A DNA stretch of 64,000 nt from a virus. Its lineage: Duplodnaviria; Heunggongvirae; Uroviricota; Caudoviricetes. The DNA is taken from positions 182,418 through 246,417 of IMG/VR virus record IMGVR_UViG_3300009784_000001; one strand, given 5' to 3'. The notes under the pieces were generated by a model. The model saw only the letters and a program-made list of their open reading frames with translations. It made no database searches and had not been told where the DNA came from. Position numbers and translations under genes: made by a program. This document shows positions 9,148 through 19,800 of this stretch, in pieces; the first letter of the stretch is position 1; each line of letters starts with the position of its first letter.

Positions 9148-10872
9148 ATGAGTAACTTATTTACTAATAATAATAGTGGAAAACAATATGATTTTCAATT
9201 AACAGATAGACATTATTATGATTTTTTTATTTATAATGAACGACATAAAGGAAATTCGGGTAATACAGATTGTAATGTAGCTGAAATAGATCCAAATATT
9301 GATGGTTGTATTGGTGAAGATAACAAATTTTATTCAACTACCATTTGGAGCGATGCAATTAATACTGGAATAAATTTACCTGATTGGGGATTTTGTTCAA
9401 TAGATAATGGTTTTACTGAATATAATCCAGAAACGGATAATTTAATTAATATATTTACAGGAACTACATTAGCTATTCCAGAAAATGATAATAGATTTTT
9501 TATGAAACCTGTGGATGGCTTTTTTTATGATATAGATTACAGTTATTCAATTGAAGAAGAAAATAATTTAAAATATTTTGAATTTACTGGAGGATTTCTA
9601 CAATCTTTTTATAAATTATATACAGGTGCTAATTCAGATACAATTAAATATCAAACTTTACCAAACAGACCACAACAAGCATGGACATGGGAATTTATCT
9701 TAAGACCAAAAAATATTGAAAAAGAAAATACATTAAATTATTTCTTTCCAGAAAATTATGGATTTTTCTTTTATCAGGGATTAAGAGCAGAAAATAAATG
9801 GTGGTATTATTCAAATAAATTAAATTTGGATAAATTAGAACAATTAAAACAAATAATACAACAACAGGATGAATATTTTTTAGGAGATTATTTAGATATT
9901 GAAGAATTAGCAAAAAATAAATCTATATTTGAAACCTTACAAACTTCTTCTGGTATTTTACTAAATACACCAAATATTGTTGAATTTAATACTGACAACA
10001 AATACTTATTTTTTAACAGAACAAGATGCGGATATACTACAAAAAATCCACCAGAATCTGATGAAATTACTATGTCTTATCAAAATAAAAATCCAAATTT
10101 GAATTATTATTTATTATTTGATAGAACTGAAAATGGGATAACTACGAAAGATGTTGAACCGACAAAAGGCTCATGTGCTATGTATTCAAATAGAGAATAT
10201 TATGATTGTAATCCTTATTTACAATATAATTTATTTGATAAACCAAGACAAAACTTCCCTGAAATATTAGGTAATATAGACATTTATGATAATACAATTG
10301 ATATTAATGCAGATGTATACAATAATAATATAGGATTTAGAATTACTGAAACAGGGCAAATAGGTTATAAATATTTAATTCAAAATTGTGGAGATGATAA
10401 AGATATTAATCCAACCACTTCTATTGAAGAATATTCAAAAGAAAATATAGTTCAATATGATCAATGGAATTATATTGTCATAAGATTTGTATTTGATCCT
10501 ACTATTACTGACCCAGAATGCTCCAGCGCACCACCAAGAAAGGGGAATATATACTTTTATAATAATGGAAATTTAGTATTCATTTCTCAAACAGTAGATG
10601 AGCCTATGTTTCATGAATTAAACGAGTACTGGCAAAAACAGTTGGGTGTTGGTTTTAACATAAGTTTAGGAGGAGGAACACAAGGCTTATTAGAAACTAT
10701 ATTGAGTGATAATCCACTTGACTATGATAGATATATATTTCCTATAGAAAAATTTTATGCTGGTAATTTTTATGGAGATATTATGACATTTAGAATAAAT
10801 AACTGTGATATAGGATATAACAATATAATGAATAATTATATTTACTTGAAAGAAAAGTTAAATTTACAATAA
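9148..10872 (+). CDS. Structural protein with LamG/concanavalin-like C-terminal fold
   Basis: WTWEF..., WNYIVIRF...YFYNNGNLV...GNFYGDIMTFRI beta-sandwich pattern; heads the fibre operon. Confidence 0.55.
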   Translation: MSNLFTNNNSGKQYDFQLTDRHYYDFFIYNERHKGNSGNTDCNVAEIDPNIDGCIGEDNKFYSTTIWSDAINTGINLPDWGFCSIDNGFTEYNPETDNLINIFTGTTLAIPENDNRFFMKPVDGFFYDIDYSYSIEEENNLKYFEFTGGFLQSFYKLYTGANSDTIKYQTLPNRPQQAWTWEFILRPKNIEKENTLNYFFPENYGFFFYQGLRAENKWWYYSNKLNLDKLEQLKQIIQQQDEYFLGDYLDIEELAKNKSIFETLQTSSGILLNTPNIVEFNTDNKYLFFNRTRCGYTTKNPPESDEITMSYQNKNPNLNYYLLFDRTENGITTKDVEPTKGSCAMYSNREYYDCNPYLQYNLFDKPRQNFPEILGNIDIYDNTIDINADVYNNNIGFRITETGQIGYKYLIQNCGDDKDINPTTSIEEYSKENIVQYDQWNYIVIRFVFDPTITDPECSSAPPRKGNIYFYNNGNLVFISQTVDEPMFHELNEYWQKQLGVGFNISLGGGTQGLLETILSDNPLDYDRYIFPIEKFYAGNFYGDIMTFRINNCDIGYNNIMNNYIYLKEKLNLQ

Positions 10873-10924
10873 ATTAATAAGTTGTTTTTCTTTCAGTATA
10901 ATATTTATAATAAAAAATGAATAA

Positions 10925-13900
10925 ATGAGTAAGCTGACTTTATTTCAAACAAACTCTCCTTATGATAATGATATTAACAAAGGTGGAAAATTGACTCCTA
11001 ATGAGTTAGATTCTAACTTTTTAGAATTAAAAGGAGATGATATACACACTATTGACTATGAAAATGGTGAGTTAACCATAACATTCAATAGTGGTGAAAC
11101 TTTGTCAACTGTTTTATCAGAAAATAATATTACTACAGAAATAAATGGAGATAAGATAATTGATTTTAAAGCTATAAATAATGATATATTATTAATTACA
11201 GAAGATAAGACTTATTCAGTTAATATTGAAGAATTTCCTATTATAAAAGAAATTTCAAAATTAAATGAAATTGTTGATGGAAATTATAATGTGGATACAG
11301 GAATTTTAATTTTAACTAAATCAAATGGTGATAAAATAAAAGTTAAAGGATTTATAAATTATCTTGAAGATGGAATATTAAATAATGTGACACTTCAAGA
11401 TAAATTATTAATTTTTACTATGAAAAATGGAGGAATTCAATCTGTAGATTTATCCTCTTTGTTATCAGAAATAAATGTTGATACTTTCAATTTTAGAAAT
11501 AAAGTAGTTAGAATTAACCAAATAAAATCAAGTGGAAAAGAACCATTAAGAATAAATGAACATCTATTAATTACAAAGGATATGACTATAGAAAAAAAAC
11601 AAATGACTGTTGGTCAAAATAATGTTCCTGGTGCAAATTCTTTAGCAGTAGGGATTGATAACCAAATAACAAGTTCCTTCTCTCTTGCAGTTGGTTCTAG
11701 AAATACAAACAAAACTGATAATACATTCACACTTGGAATAGAAAATCTTATTGAACAAGCAGGAAGTACAACAACAGCAGAAGGCTCTGCTGCAATTGGT
11801 AAACAAAATATAGTAAATGAAAGACAAGCTATTGCTATAGGTTTAAAAAATAAAGTAAATATTGGAGGTGGATACAGTTTGGCTGCTGGGACAGAAAATG
11901 AAACAAACGCACCATCTTCTCAAGCATTTGGTATTAAATCAAAAACTTCTTCAACTGCTGATGCTGCAATGGCACAAGGTTTTAATACAATTGCAAGTGG
12001 AAAATATTCACATGCACAAGGAGGTGGAACAAAAGCATTGGGAGAAAGTTCATCTGCAAGTGGTAGCTTGTCAATAGCAAATTGGAAAGATGCGCATGCA
12101 GAAGGATATAAAACATTGGCAGAAGGGCATACTGCACACTCTGAAGGATTGGAAACAAAAGCACTTGAAACTGCAAGTCATGCTGAAGGGCAATATACTG
12201 AAACAAGAGCATTAGCTTCTCATGTTCAAGGAACAAGAAACTTAATAGATGAAAATGCAAAATATTCTTTTGTTGGTGGTTCTAATAATATAACAGATGC
12301 AGAATTATCATTCATATTTGGCGAAAATAATACTGCTGAACAAGGTTGTTCAAAGAATGTTTATATATTAGGTAGAAATATTGCTGCAACTACAAGGGAT
12401 ACATTATATATCAATAAATTAAATGCTAATGACCTTGAACAAGTTAGAAATTTTAGAAAATATTTCTTACAACAAGATAGTAATGGAACTGTTTACAAAA
12501 TAGAAACAAATGATGTTCTTGAAATGTTAAATGGAAAATTTGTAATTATAACAAATGGAGAATATGTAAATTATGGTGAAGCTAGCTATGAAAACAAAAT
12601 TGTTCTAAAAGGTAGTATTGATGAATATGAAGTTGTAATTGATAATGTAGAAAATACGCATATTGTAAGCGGATTATATGATCCATATATTAAACATTTA
12701 TATTTAACTGATAATTCAGGTGAAACTATTGATATTGATTTTAGTGATGGGGATGTTCCTATGTTAAGTGTAAAAGTCAGTACTAATAATACATTAAGTG
12801 GTAATGGCTTACCAACAAATCCGTTAGGAATTTCTCCTAATGAACAAACAGGACAATATAAACCAGTTATTGCAATAGTAGATGAATTACCAACAACAAA
12901 TTTATTACCTGGTGATAGATACATAACAGATACACAAATAATCACTGGTGGATATTTATACGATTTTCATGATATAGCAGATGTTGATTTTGGTAATGGT
13001 TGGAGAGTTCCAGCAAGAGTAGATTGGGATTTATTATTAAATGAATTGGAGCCAAATTTAGCTGATAAAAATCATAATGATCCTGGCGTTTCAGGATGGA
13101 GAGGTGCAGTTGCTGCAAATGCTCTAAAAGCACAATCATTTGGAGGACAAGATACATTTAATTTTTCAATATTACCTGTACAATATATAAATTCTGATGG
13201 CTCTTTAGCAACACTAGACAATACAAAATTCTGGTCAATGACAAGAGTACTTGGAGAATGGGATGTTTTTACAAAACGTTTTAAAGCTGATGAAGGAAGA
13301 GTATTTAGCGAACCAGTTGCTCCTGTTAATGAAAAATTATCTATTAGATTAGTGAGAGATATTATTGATGACAATACAGGTACAACAACAATTAATGGAG
13401 TTACTTATAACACAGTTGTTATGCCAGATCAAAAATTATGGTTAGCTTCAAATTTAGCTGATACAACTATACCTTACACAGTATCACCAACTAGTAGTGC
13501 TTTTTCAACTGTAACAGTAGCTGCTGAATGGACAGGAACAACATGGATATATCAAGAATTAAAAGAAGGATATTCAATAGTCATTATTAATGATGTAAGT
13601 GGTGGTAAAAGTATAGAATATAGAATAATAAATGGTGTATTAACTGTAGTTGATACAGATTTTATGGATATTAGTGAATTAGAAGCACGAGTAACTACAC
13701 TTGAAACTGCATTAGCACAAGAAATAACTGATAGAGAAAATGCTGATACAACTTTACAAACTAATATTGATACAGTACAGACAAATTTAGATAATGAAGT
13801 AACAAGGGCTACTACTGCTGAAGGAATTTTACAAACAAATATTGATAATGAAACTACTGCAAGAATAGATGCAGATACTTTATTAAATGATCAACTAATT

Positions 13901-14029
13901 AGTGGCTTTACAATAGAAACTGATGGAAGTGGAGAATTAACAGGAAATTTAATTCTTGTAAAAAATGATACAGCACAAAATATAACAATTCCAATATCCA
14001 ATTTCTTTGATTTTGGAAATGATTTATAA
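10925..14029 (+). CDS. Tail fibre / adhesin with YadA-like head repeats, FISUMP domain and coiled coil
   Basis: SHAEG/SLAVG 14-residue beta-roll repeats; GYLYD...GWRVPARVDW...FSILP...FWS...SIRLVRD (Fib_succ_major-like); E..RAT.AE..LQ coiled coil. Confidence 0.75.
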   Translation: MSKLTLFQTNSPYDNDINKGGKLTPNELDSNFLELKGDDIHTIDYENGELTITFNSGETLSTVLSENNITTEINGDKIIDFKAINNDILLITEDKTYSVNIEEFPIIKEISKLNEIVDGNYNVDTGILILTKSNGDKIKVKGFINYLEDGILNNVTLQDKLLIFTMKNGGIQSVDLSSLLSEINVDTFNFRNKVVRINQIKSSGKEPLRINEHLLITKDMTIEKKQMTVGQNNVPGANSLAVGIDNQITSSFSLAVGSRNTNKTDNTFTLGIENLIEQAGSTTTAEGSAAIGKQNIVNERQAIAIGLKNKVNIGGGYSLAAGTENETNAPSSQAFGIKSKTSSTADAAMAQGFNTIASGKYSHAQGGGTKALGESSSASGSLSIANWKDAHAEGYKTLAEGHTAHSEGLETKALETASHAEGQYTETRALASHVQGTRNLIDENAKYSFVGGSNNITDAELSFIFGENNTAEQGCSKNVYILGRNIAATTRDTLYINKLNANDLEQVRNFRKYFLQQDSNGTVYKIETNDVLEMLNGKFVIITNGEYVNYGEASYENKIVLKGSIDEYEVVIDNVENTHIVSGLYDPYIKHLYLTDNSGETIDIDFSDGDVPMLSVKVSTNNTLSGNGLPTNPLGISPNEQTGQYKPVIAIVDELPTTNLLPGDRYITDTQIITGGYLYDFHDIADVDFGNGWRVPARVDWDLLLNELEPNLADKNHNDPGVSGWRGAVAANALKAQSFGGQDTFNFSILPVQYINSDGSLATLDNTKFWSMTRVLGEWDVFTKRFKADEGRVFSEPVAPVNEKLSIRLVRDIIDDNTGTTTINGVTYNTVVMPDQKLWLASNLADTTIPYTVSPTSSAFSTVTVAAEWTGTTWIYQELKEGYSIVIINDVSGGKSIEYRIINGVLTVVDTDFMDISELEARVTTLETALAQEITDRENADTTLQTNIDTVQTNLDNEVTRATTAEGILQTNIDNETTARIDADTLLNDQLISGFTIETDGSGELTGNLILVKNDTAQNITIPISNFFDFGNDL

Positions 14030-14056
14030 TAAAAAAAATATAAAAAAAAATAAGAT

Positions 14057-16855
14057 ATGGCAAATTATCCATTACAATTTAATAGGGCTTTTAAAAATCC
14101 ACCTTTTGCAACAAGAAATGATGCAATAGATTACATAGAAAATACTAAGCTAATAAATGATCCATTGGTAGAAGGACAACCTTATGTTGTATCATATGGA
14201 AATCCAACAAATCCAAGTGTAATATTAGCAATTGGAACAATTAGTGGAAAATGCTATTTATTTGATCTTGGGAATATAGAAGAAGAACTAGCTACCAAGG
14301 TAGATATAGCTAATGCAGGTATATTAATATCTGATATAGCTATAACAAATATTACATCAACTAATATAATTTTAACTGTTACTTACAGAGATACAAGTGA
14401 TGGTACTGAAACATCTACTACTATTGTATTAAACCCTGCTGATTCTATTAATAGTGGTCTCATGATAGCAGATGATAAAGTGAAATTAGATGCTTATCCA
14501 ACATATGATGTTATTGATACAAGATTTACTGCAATAGAAGATGAAGTAACCGATCATGAAACAAGAATAGAAACACTTGAAGCAACTGTTAGCTCACAAG
14601 GAACAGATATTTCTGATTTACAAACTGCATTAGCACAAGAAGTGATTGATAGAACAAATGCAGATACCACATTGCAAACTAACATTGACAATGAAGCAAT
14701 TGCAAGAACAAATGCAGATAATCAATTACAAACTAATATTGATACAGTACAGACAAATTTAGATAATGAAGTAACAAGGGCTACTAGTGTTGAAGAAGAT
14801 TTACAGAATCAAATAACAGGGTTAGGAAATAACAAAATTGATAAAAATGGTATACAAAATACATTATTTGGAGTTGTGGATGATACTTTATTTGAAATAC
14901 CAAGAGGAACAAAAGATTTGTGGGTAAATTCAAACGCAACACAAAATATTGCCTTAACAAATGGTACACAATTTTTCCCATTTTTAACAATTACCAATGC
15001 TATATCAAGTATTTCAAGTGGAGAATCTGAAACTATACATTTAAGTAGTGGTTGTTCTTTTAATGAAGGAGTTGCTTTGACTTTAAATAATAATGAAAAT
15101 TTAAGTATAGTTCTAGAAGGAGCTGATGACCAATTTAGATCTGATGTAACTGGAAATGTTATTATTGGTGGTACTTCTACAAATGTAGGGTTAAAAGGAT
15201 TTAAGGTTAATGGAAATATGAATTTATCTTCTTCAGTTGGAGATATATTCTTAACAAATATGTTAATTAATGGAGTAACTACAATAGATGGAAATGGTTA
15301 TTATTATCTAAAAGATTGCCAATTTGAAAATAACTTAAATATAACAAGTGCTTCTTATGTAATTATTGATGGTGCTTATAATGAAAAAAATACTGTAATA
15401 GCTGTAAATAATCCAGATGCTAATGTTATCTTAAAAGATTCAATGAATATTACTTTAAATATAATTAATGGTAAAGTAATAGTTCAAGGCTCAACAAACT
15501 TTATAGTATCTCCTAATTTACCAGGTGGAAGATGTATCAGTGCGCAAAGTGGATTTTTAGATTTGTTGTCAGGAACTGCACAACAAGAAGATGGAACTTA
15601 TGCTCCTATTGCGATAGGCGCATCAGCAAGTTATAGTCTTGGAAAATTTATATTTGAACCAACAAACAGTATATTGAATGGTACATTAATTGATGGTGGT
15701 TTACATTCATTACAAATATATGATCATATAGTAAGAACTGGATACACACACACAGGAGATACATTAAATAAACATTTTGATGGTATATCAGATGCATTAA
15801 ATGGGCATACAACTCAAATAACAAATTTACAAAATGAAGTAGATAAAAATACTTCTGATATAGCAGCTTTACAAGGTGGAATTACTTTTTTACCTTCATA
15901 TAACTTTGGTGATCCAAGTGATACAACTTTATATCCTTCACATGCAGTATGGCAAAATACATTAAATCAATATTCGTTAAGTTTTGGAATTACACCTGTA
16001 AATGGGCTATCTGTAACAAATTTATGGAATAATCACAGATGGACTTATTCTCAAGCAATGTTGGAATGGATAGATCAAGGAAATGACATAGTAAAAGTTG
16101 CAACAAATTCATTAGCAGGTATTGTTAAAGGAATAGATTCAGGAACAGGTGCATTAGGAACTATATCAATAGATAATAGTATTGGAGAAATGTCTGTAAA
16201 TGGATTAGTAAACGCATTAAATTTAAAAGCTGATTTAAGTTATGTTGATGAACAACTAGATCTAAAAGCTGATGCTTCTACTGTAACTGATATGAACAGT
16301 ACATTACAAAATCAGATTACTAATTTAAACACTAATTTAACAAACGAAATAACAAGAGCTACTAATGCAGAACAAGTATTAACTAATAATTTAACAAATG
16401 AAGCAACTATAAGAGCAAATGCTGATGTTACTTTACAAAATAATATTGATGCACTTGAAACTAATTTAAACAGTGAAATAATAAGGGCTACTGGTGTTGA
16501 AAGCAATTTACAAACAGCAATAAATGGACATGAAAGTAGAATAACAATACTGGAAGGAACTTCAAGTACTAATACATCTAATATTACACAATTACAAACT
16601 GATTTAATTAATGAAATTAATACAAGAAACAGCCAAGTAATGACAATAAATTCAAATGTTAGTACTTTACAAACACAAGTAGGAATTTTGAATACACAAG
16701 TTGGTACTTTACAAACACAAGTAGCTACTTTACAAGAACAAGTAGTAATAAGTGGCGCATTTGACAGTGTTAGTGGAAATATATTATTAACAACAGCAAG
16801 TGGAAGCATTATAACTATAACATTAACAGGTATTTCAAATTATGGAACATTTTAA
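14057..16855 (+). CDS. Tail fibre / spike protein with beta-helix and coiled coils
   Basis: N-terminus shared with 16879 (MAN..LQF...TR.DAI.YI...P.VV.YG); PFLTITNAI beta-helix start; heptad repeats. Confidence 0.75.
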   Translation: MANYPLQFNRAFKNPPFATRNDAIDYIENTKLINDPLVEGQPYVVSYGNPTNPSVILAIGTISGKCYLFDLGNIEEELATKVDIANAGILISDIAITNITSTNIILTVTYRDTSDGTETSTTIVLNPADSINSGLMIADDKVKLDAYPTYDVIDTRFTAIEDEVTDHETRIETLEATVSSQGTDISDLQTALAQEVIDRTNADTTLQTNIDNEAIARTNADNQLQTNIDTVQTNLDNEVTRATSVEEDLQNQITGLGNNKIDKNGIQNTLFGVVDDTLFEIPRGTKDLWVNSNATQNIALTNGTQFFPFLTITNAISSISSGESETIHLSSGCSFNEGVALTLNNNENLSIVLEGADDQFRSDVTGNVIIGGTSTNVGLKGFKVNGNMNLSSSVGDIFLTNMLINGVTTIDGNGYYYLKDCQFENNLNITSASYVIIDGAYNEKNTVIAVNNPDANVILKDSMNITLNIINGKVIVQGSTNFIVSPNLPGGRCISAQSGFLDLLSGTAQQEDGTYAPIAIGASASYSLGKFIFEPTNSILNGTLIDGGLHSLQIYDHIVRTGYTHTGDTLNKHFDGISDALNGHTTQITNLQNEVDKNTSDIAALQGGITFLPSYNFGDPSDTTLYPSHAVWQNTLNQYSLSFGITPVNGLSVTNLWNNHRWTYSQAMLEWIDQGNDIVKVATNSLAGIVKGIDSGTGALGTISIDNSIGEMSVNGLVNALNLKADLSYVDEQLDLKADASTVTDMNSTLQNQITNLNTNLTNEITRATNAEQVLTNNLTNEATIRANADVTLQNNIDALETNLNSEIIRATGVESNLQTAINGHESRITILEGTSSTNTSNITQLQTDLINEINTRNSQVMTINSNVSTLQTQVGILNTQVGTLQTQVATLQEQVVISGAFDSVSGNILLTTASGSIITITLTGISNYGTF

Positions 16856-16878
16856 TAAGATAAAAAAATAAGATAAAA

Positions 16879-19800
16879 ATGGCTAATATATTACAATTTT
16901 TACACACAAATCAGCTTTTTCCTACAAGAGGAGATGCTATTACATATATTGATTTAAATAGACCAGATCCTCTGGCATCAATTATAGCCGAACCAATAGT
17001 AGTTAAGTATGGAACAAATGAAGCAACAGCATCAATAATTCTTGGTATTGGAACTAATACAAAATATTTTTATTTTGATACTGATTTTCTTCAAGAAGAA
17101 ATAGATACTATAAATACAACTGTTAGTTCAACAGGAACTGAAATAACAACTATTAAAACTGATATTGCAACAATTCAATCATTACTGAATACTGTTATTA
17201 CTGCAAGTGGATTAAATAGTAACGGAACTTATAATCCTACTGTAGGAGGTGCAACAAGTCTTGCTAATGCAGATGCTTTATTATTAAATCAAATTAATAC
17301 TTTAATTGCTAATCTTAATAGTGGAGTTCAAAAAACACATCCTGTAATATCTACTGTTTCAAATAATTTAATATATTCAGAAATTGATAATGGTATTGCT
17401 GTTAAAATAGATAGTTTTTCATATGAACCTACTACTGGTGTTTTAACATTAAGTTTTAATAATGTAACTACTCCTTACACAGTAAATTTAGGTTTAAATG
17501 TTATAGGTTTTCAATCAATAACTTTTGATTCTACTACTGAATCATTAATTATTATTTATCAAACAACTGGTGGAGGAACACAAACTGTAACAGTACCTGT
17601 TTCTGGAATGTTTTCTAAATGGGAAGTGGATAATCCTATAACTAATGCAGTTGTATTAACAAAAACATTAGGTGGAGTTGGAGGAGTTGATAAATTGTCA
17701 GGAGATGTTAAAGTTGATACTACATATCCTCATAATATATTACAAAAAAATCCTGTGAATGGTTCGCTTTATGCAACAGGAGTTTCTGATAATATATCAT
17801 TTAATGGGACAAGTCAAAATGTAACTGATAAAATAAATTCAATAGCACTTGATATTTCTAATGCTGCTGCTAATGCTGTAAGTAATGCTAATGTATATAC
17901 AAATACACAAATAGCACAAGAAGTTATTAATAGAAATAATGCTATTGCAAATGGTGTTAATGCTGCAAATACTTATACAGATGGTCAAGTATCTGTAGTA
18001 TCTAATCAATTATCAAATATTCAAAATGTTGTTATACCTGCTGAAGTTGCTGCAAGGCAAAATGCTGATAATGCTTTACAAGCACAAATAAATGCTTTGC
18101 CAACAATTGATACAAGAATTACATCAGGAGAAGTATTAAACAATGGAACTTTATTAAGATTATATTATGGAACAGCAACAAGCCCTAATATGGGTAGTTT
18201 TGATATTAACACAACTACTTATGTTCAAAATCCTGACCAACATTTAACGAGTGGTATAGTTGCATCAGATGGTAGTACATTAACAATAAATTATGGAACT
18301 GGAGCTAGCCAAGGTAGTATAATTATACCAACAACTACTTATATGGATGATAAACATATTGTTTCTGTTACACTTAATAATGGAATGGATACTACACCTG
18401 TTTATGACCCAACATTAACATTTCTTCACAATAATGGTATGATTGTTACTGCTCATTTAGATGCATTAGCAGGAGCAAAAGGTATCAATAGATTTCAACT
18501 TGCCCCTGGTGGAGGTTCTCTTTTAATTGAAACATTTGATGGTACTGATTTTAATATTCCATTAAGTGATTTTCTTGGAAATTTTAGTACTTCAACAGAA
18601 ATAGAAGCACAATTAGCATTAAAACAAGATAAGTTAATAGCAGGTAGTAATATAACTATTGTTGGTAATACTATTAATTCAATAGAACCACATCAAGGAA
18701 CTGTTACTTCTATAATAGCTGGAAATGGTTTAAGTGGCGGAACAATAACAAGTACAGGAACAATAGCTCTAAATGCTGCAACTACAGCAACATTAGGTGG
18801 TGTTATTGTAGGCTCTGGTATAAATGTAACAGGAGGAACAATAAGTCTTAATGTGGCTTCTGTTCCACAAGGAACTGTTACTTCTGTAACAGCAGGAGGA
18901 GGTATGGATTTTTCAGCTATTACTGCATCAGGCGCAGTTGCATTAGGAACTCCATCCACAATAGGACCAAATACATCAAATGCAGTTTCAGGAAATACAC
19001 ATACTCATAATGTGGCATTAGGATTTAACATAAGTGATTATTCAACTACAAATCAAGTTGCTAATATGATTACTAATGCCACAAGTAATGTAATGGTTAA
19101 TGCTACATTAATGTATGACTTAAATGTAAATGCAGTTTCACAAGATTTAAATATGTTTAAATTGTCTTTGGCAACTAATACATTGTCTTATTCAACAATA
19201 GTAATGCCTATTGCCACAAATACTAACAATGGATATATGCCATATCAAGATCATGTTTCAATTCAAAAATTACAAACTGATGTATTAGGACTATTATCTG
19301 CTGGTGGAAGATTTGTAGAACAATCTTTTCCAACAAAAGCTGCTTTATTAGCATGGATTGTACCACCAACTGTTAATCCTGGCGATTTCACTTATGTTCA
19401 AGCTGATGAAACTCAAACAGCAGTGGCAGGAAAATATCCAACTGTAAAATATATGTGGAGCACTGCTCATACATGGACATTTGTAATAATAATTAATGAA
19501 GGAAGTTATCCAATAGCAACCACAGGCTATATAGGATTAGTTAAGGGTTCAACTGCAAATGGTCAATCATATGTTGAAACTGATGGTACTATGTCTTTAA
19601 ATGGATATGATGTAATAGTTGCACATATGGCAAACACTTCAAATCCTCATAATGTAACAAAAGCACAAGTTGGTTTGGGAAATGCAGATAATACATCTGA
19701 TATAAATAAACCAATATCAACAGCTACTCAAGCAGCATTAGATCTTAAAGCTCCACTGGCTAATCCTGCACTTACAGGAATACCAACAGCACCAAATGCA

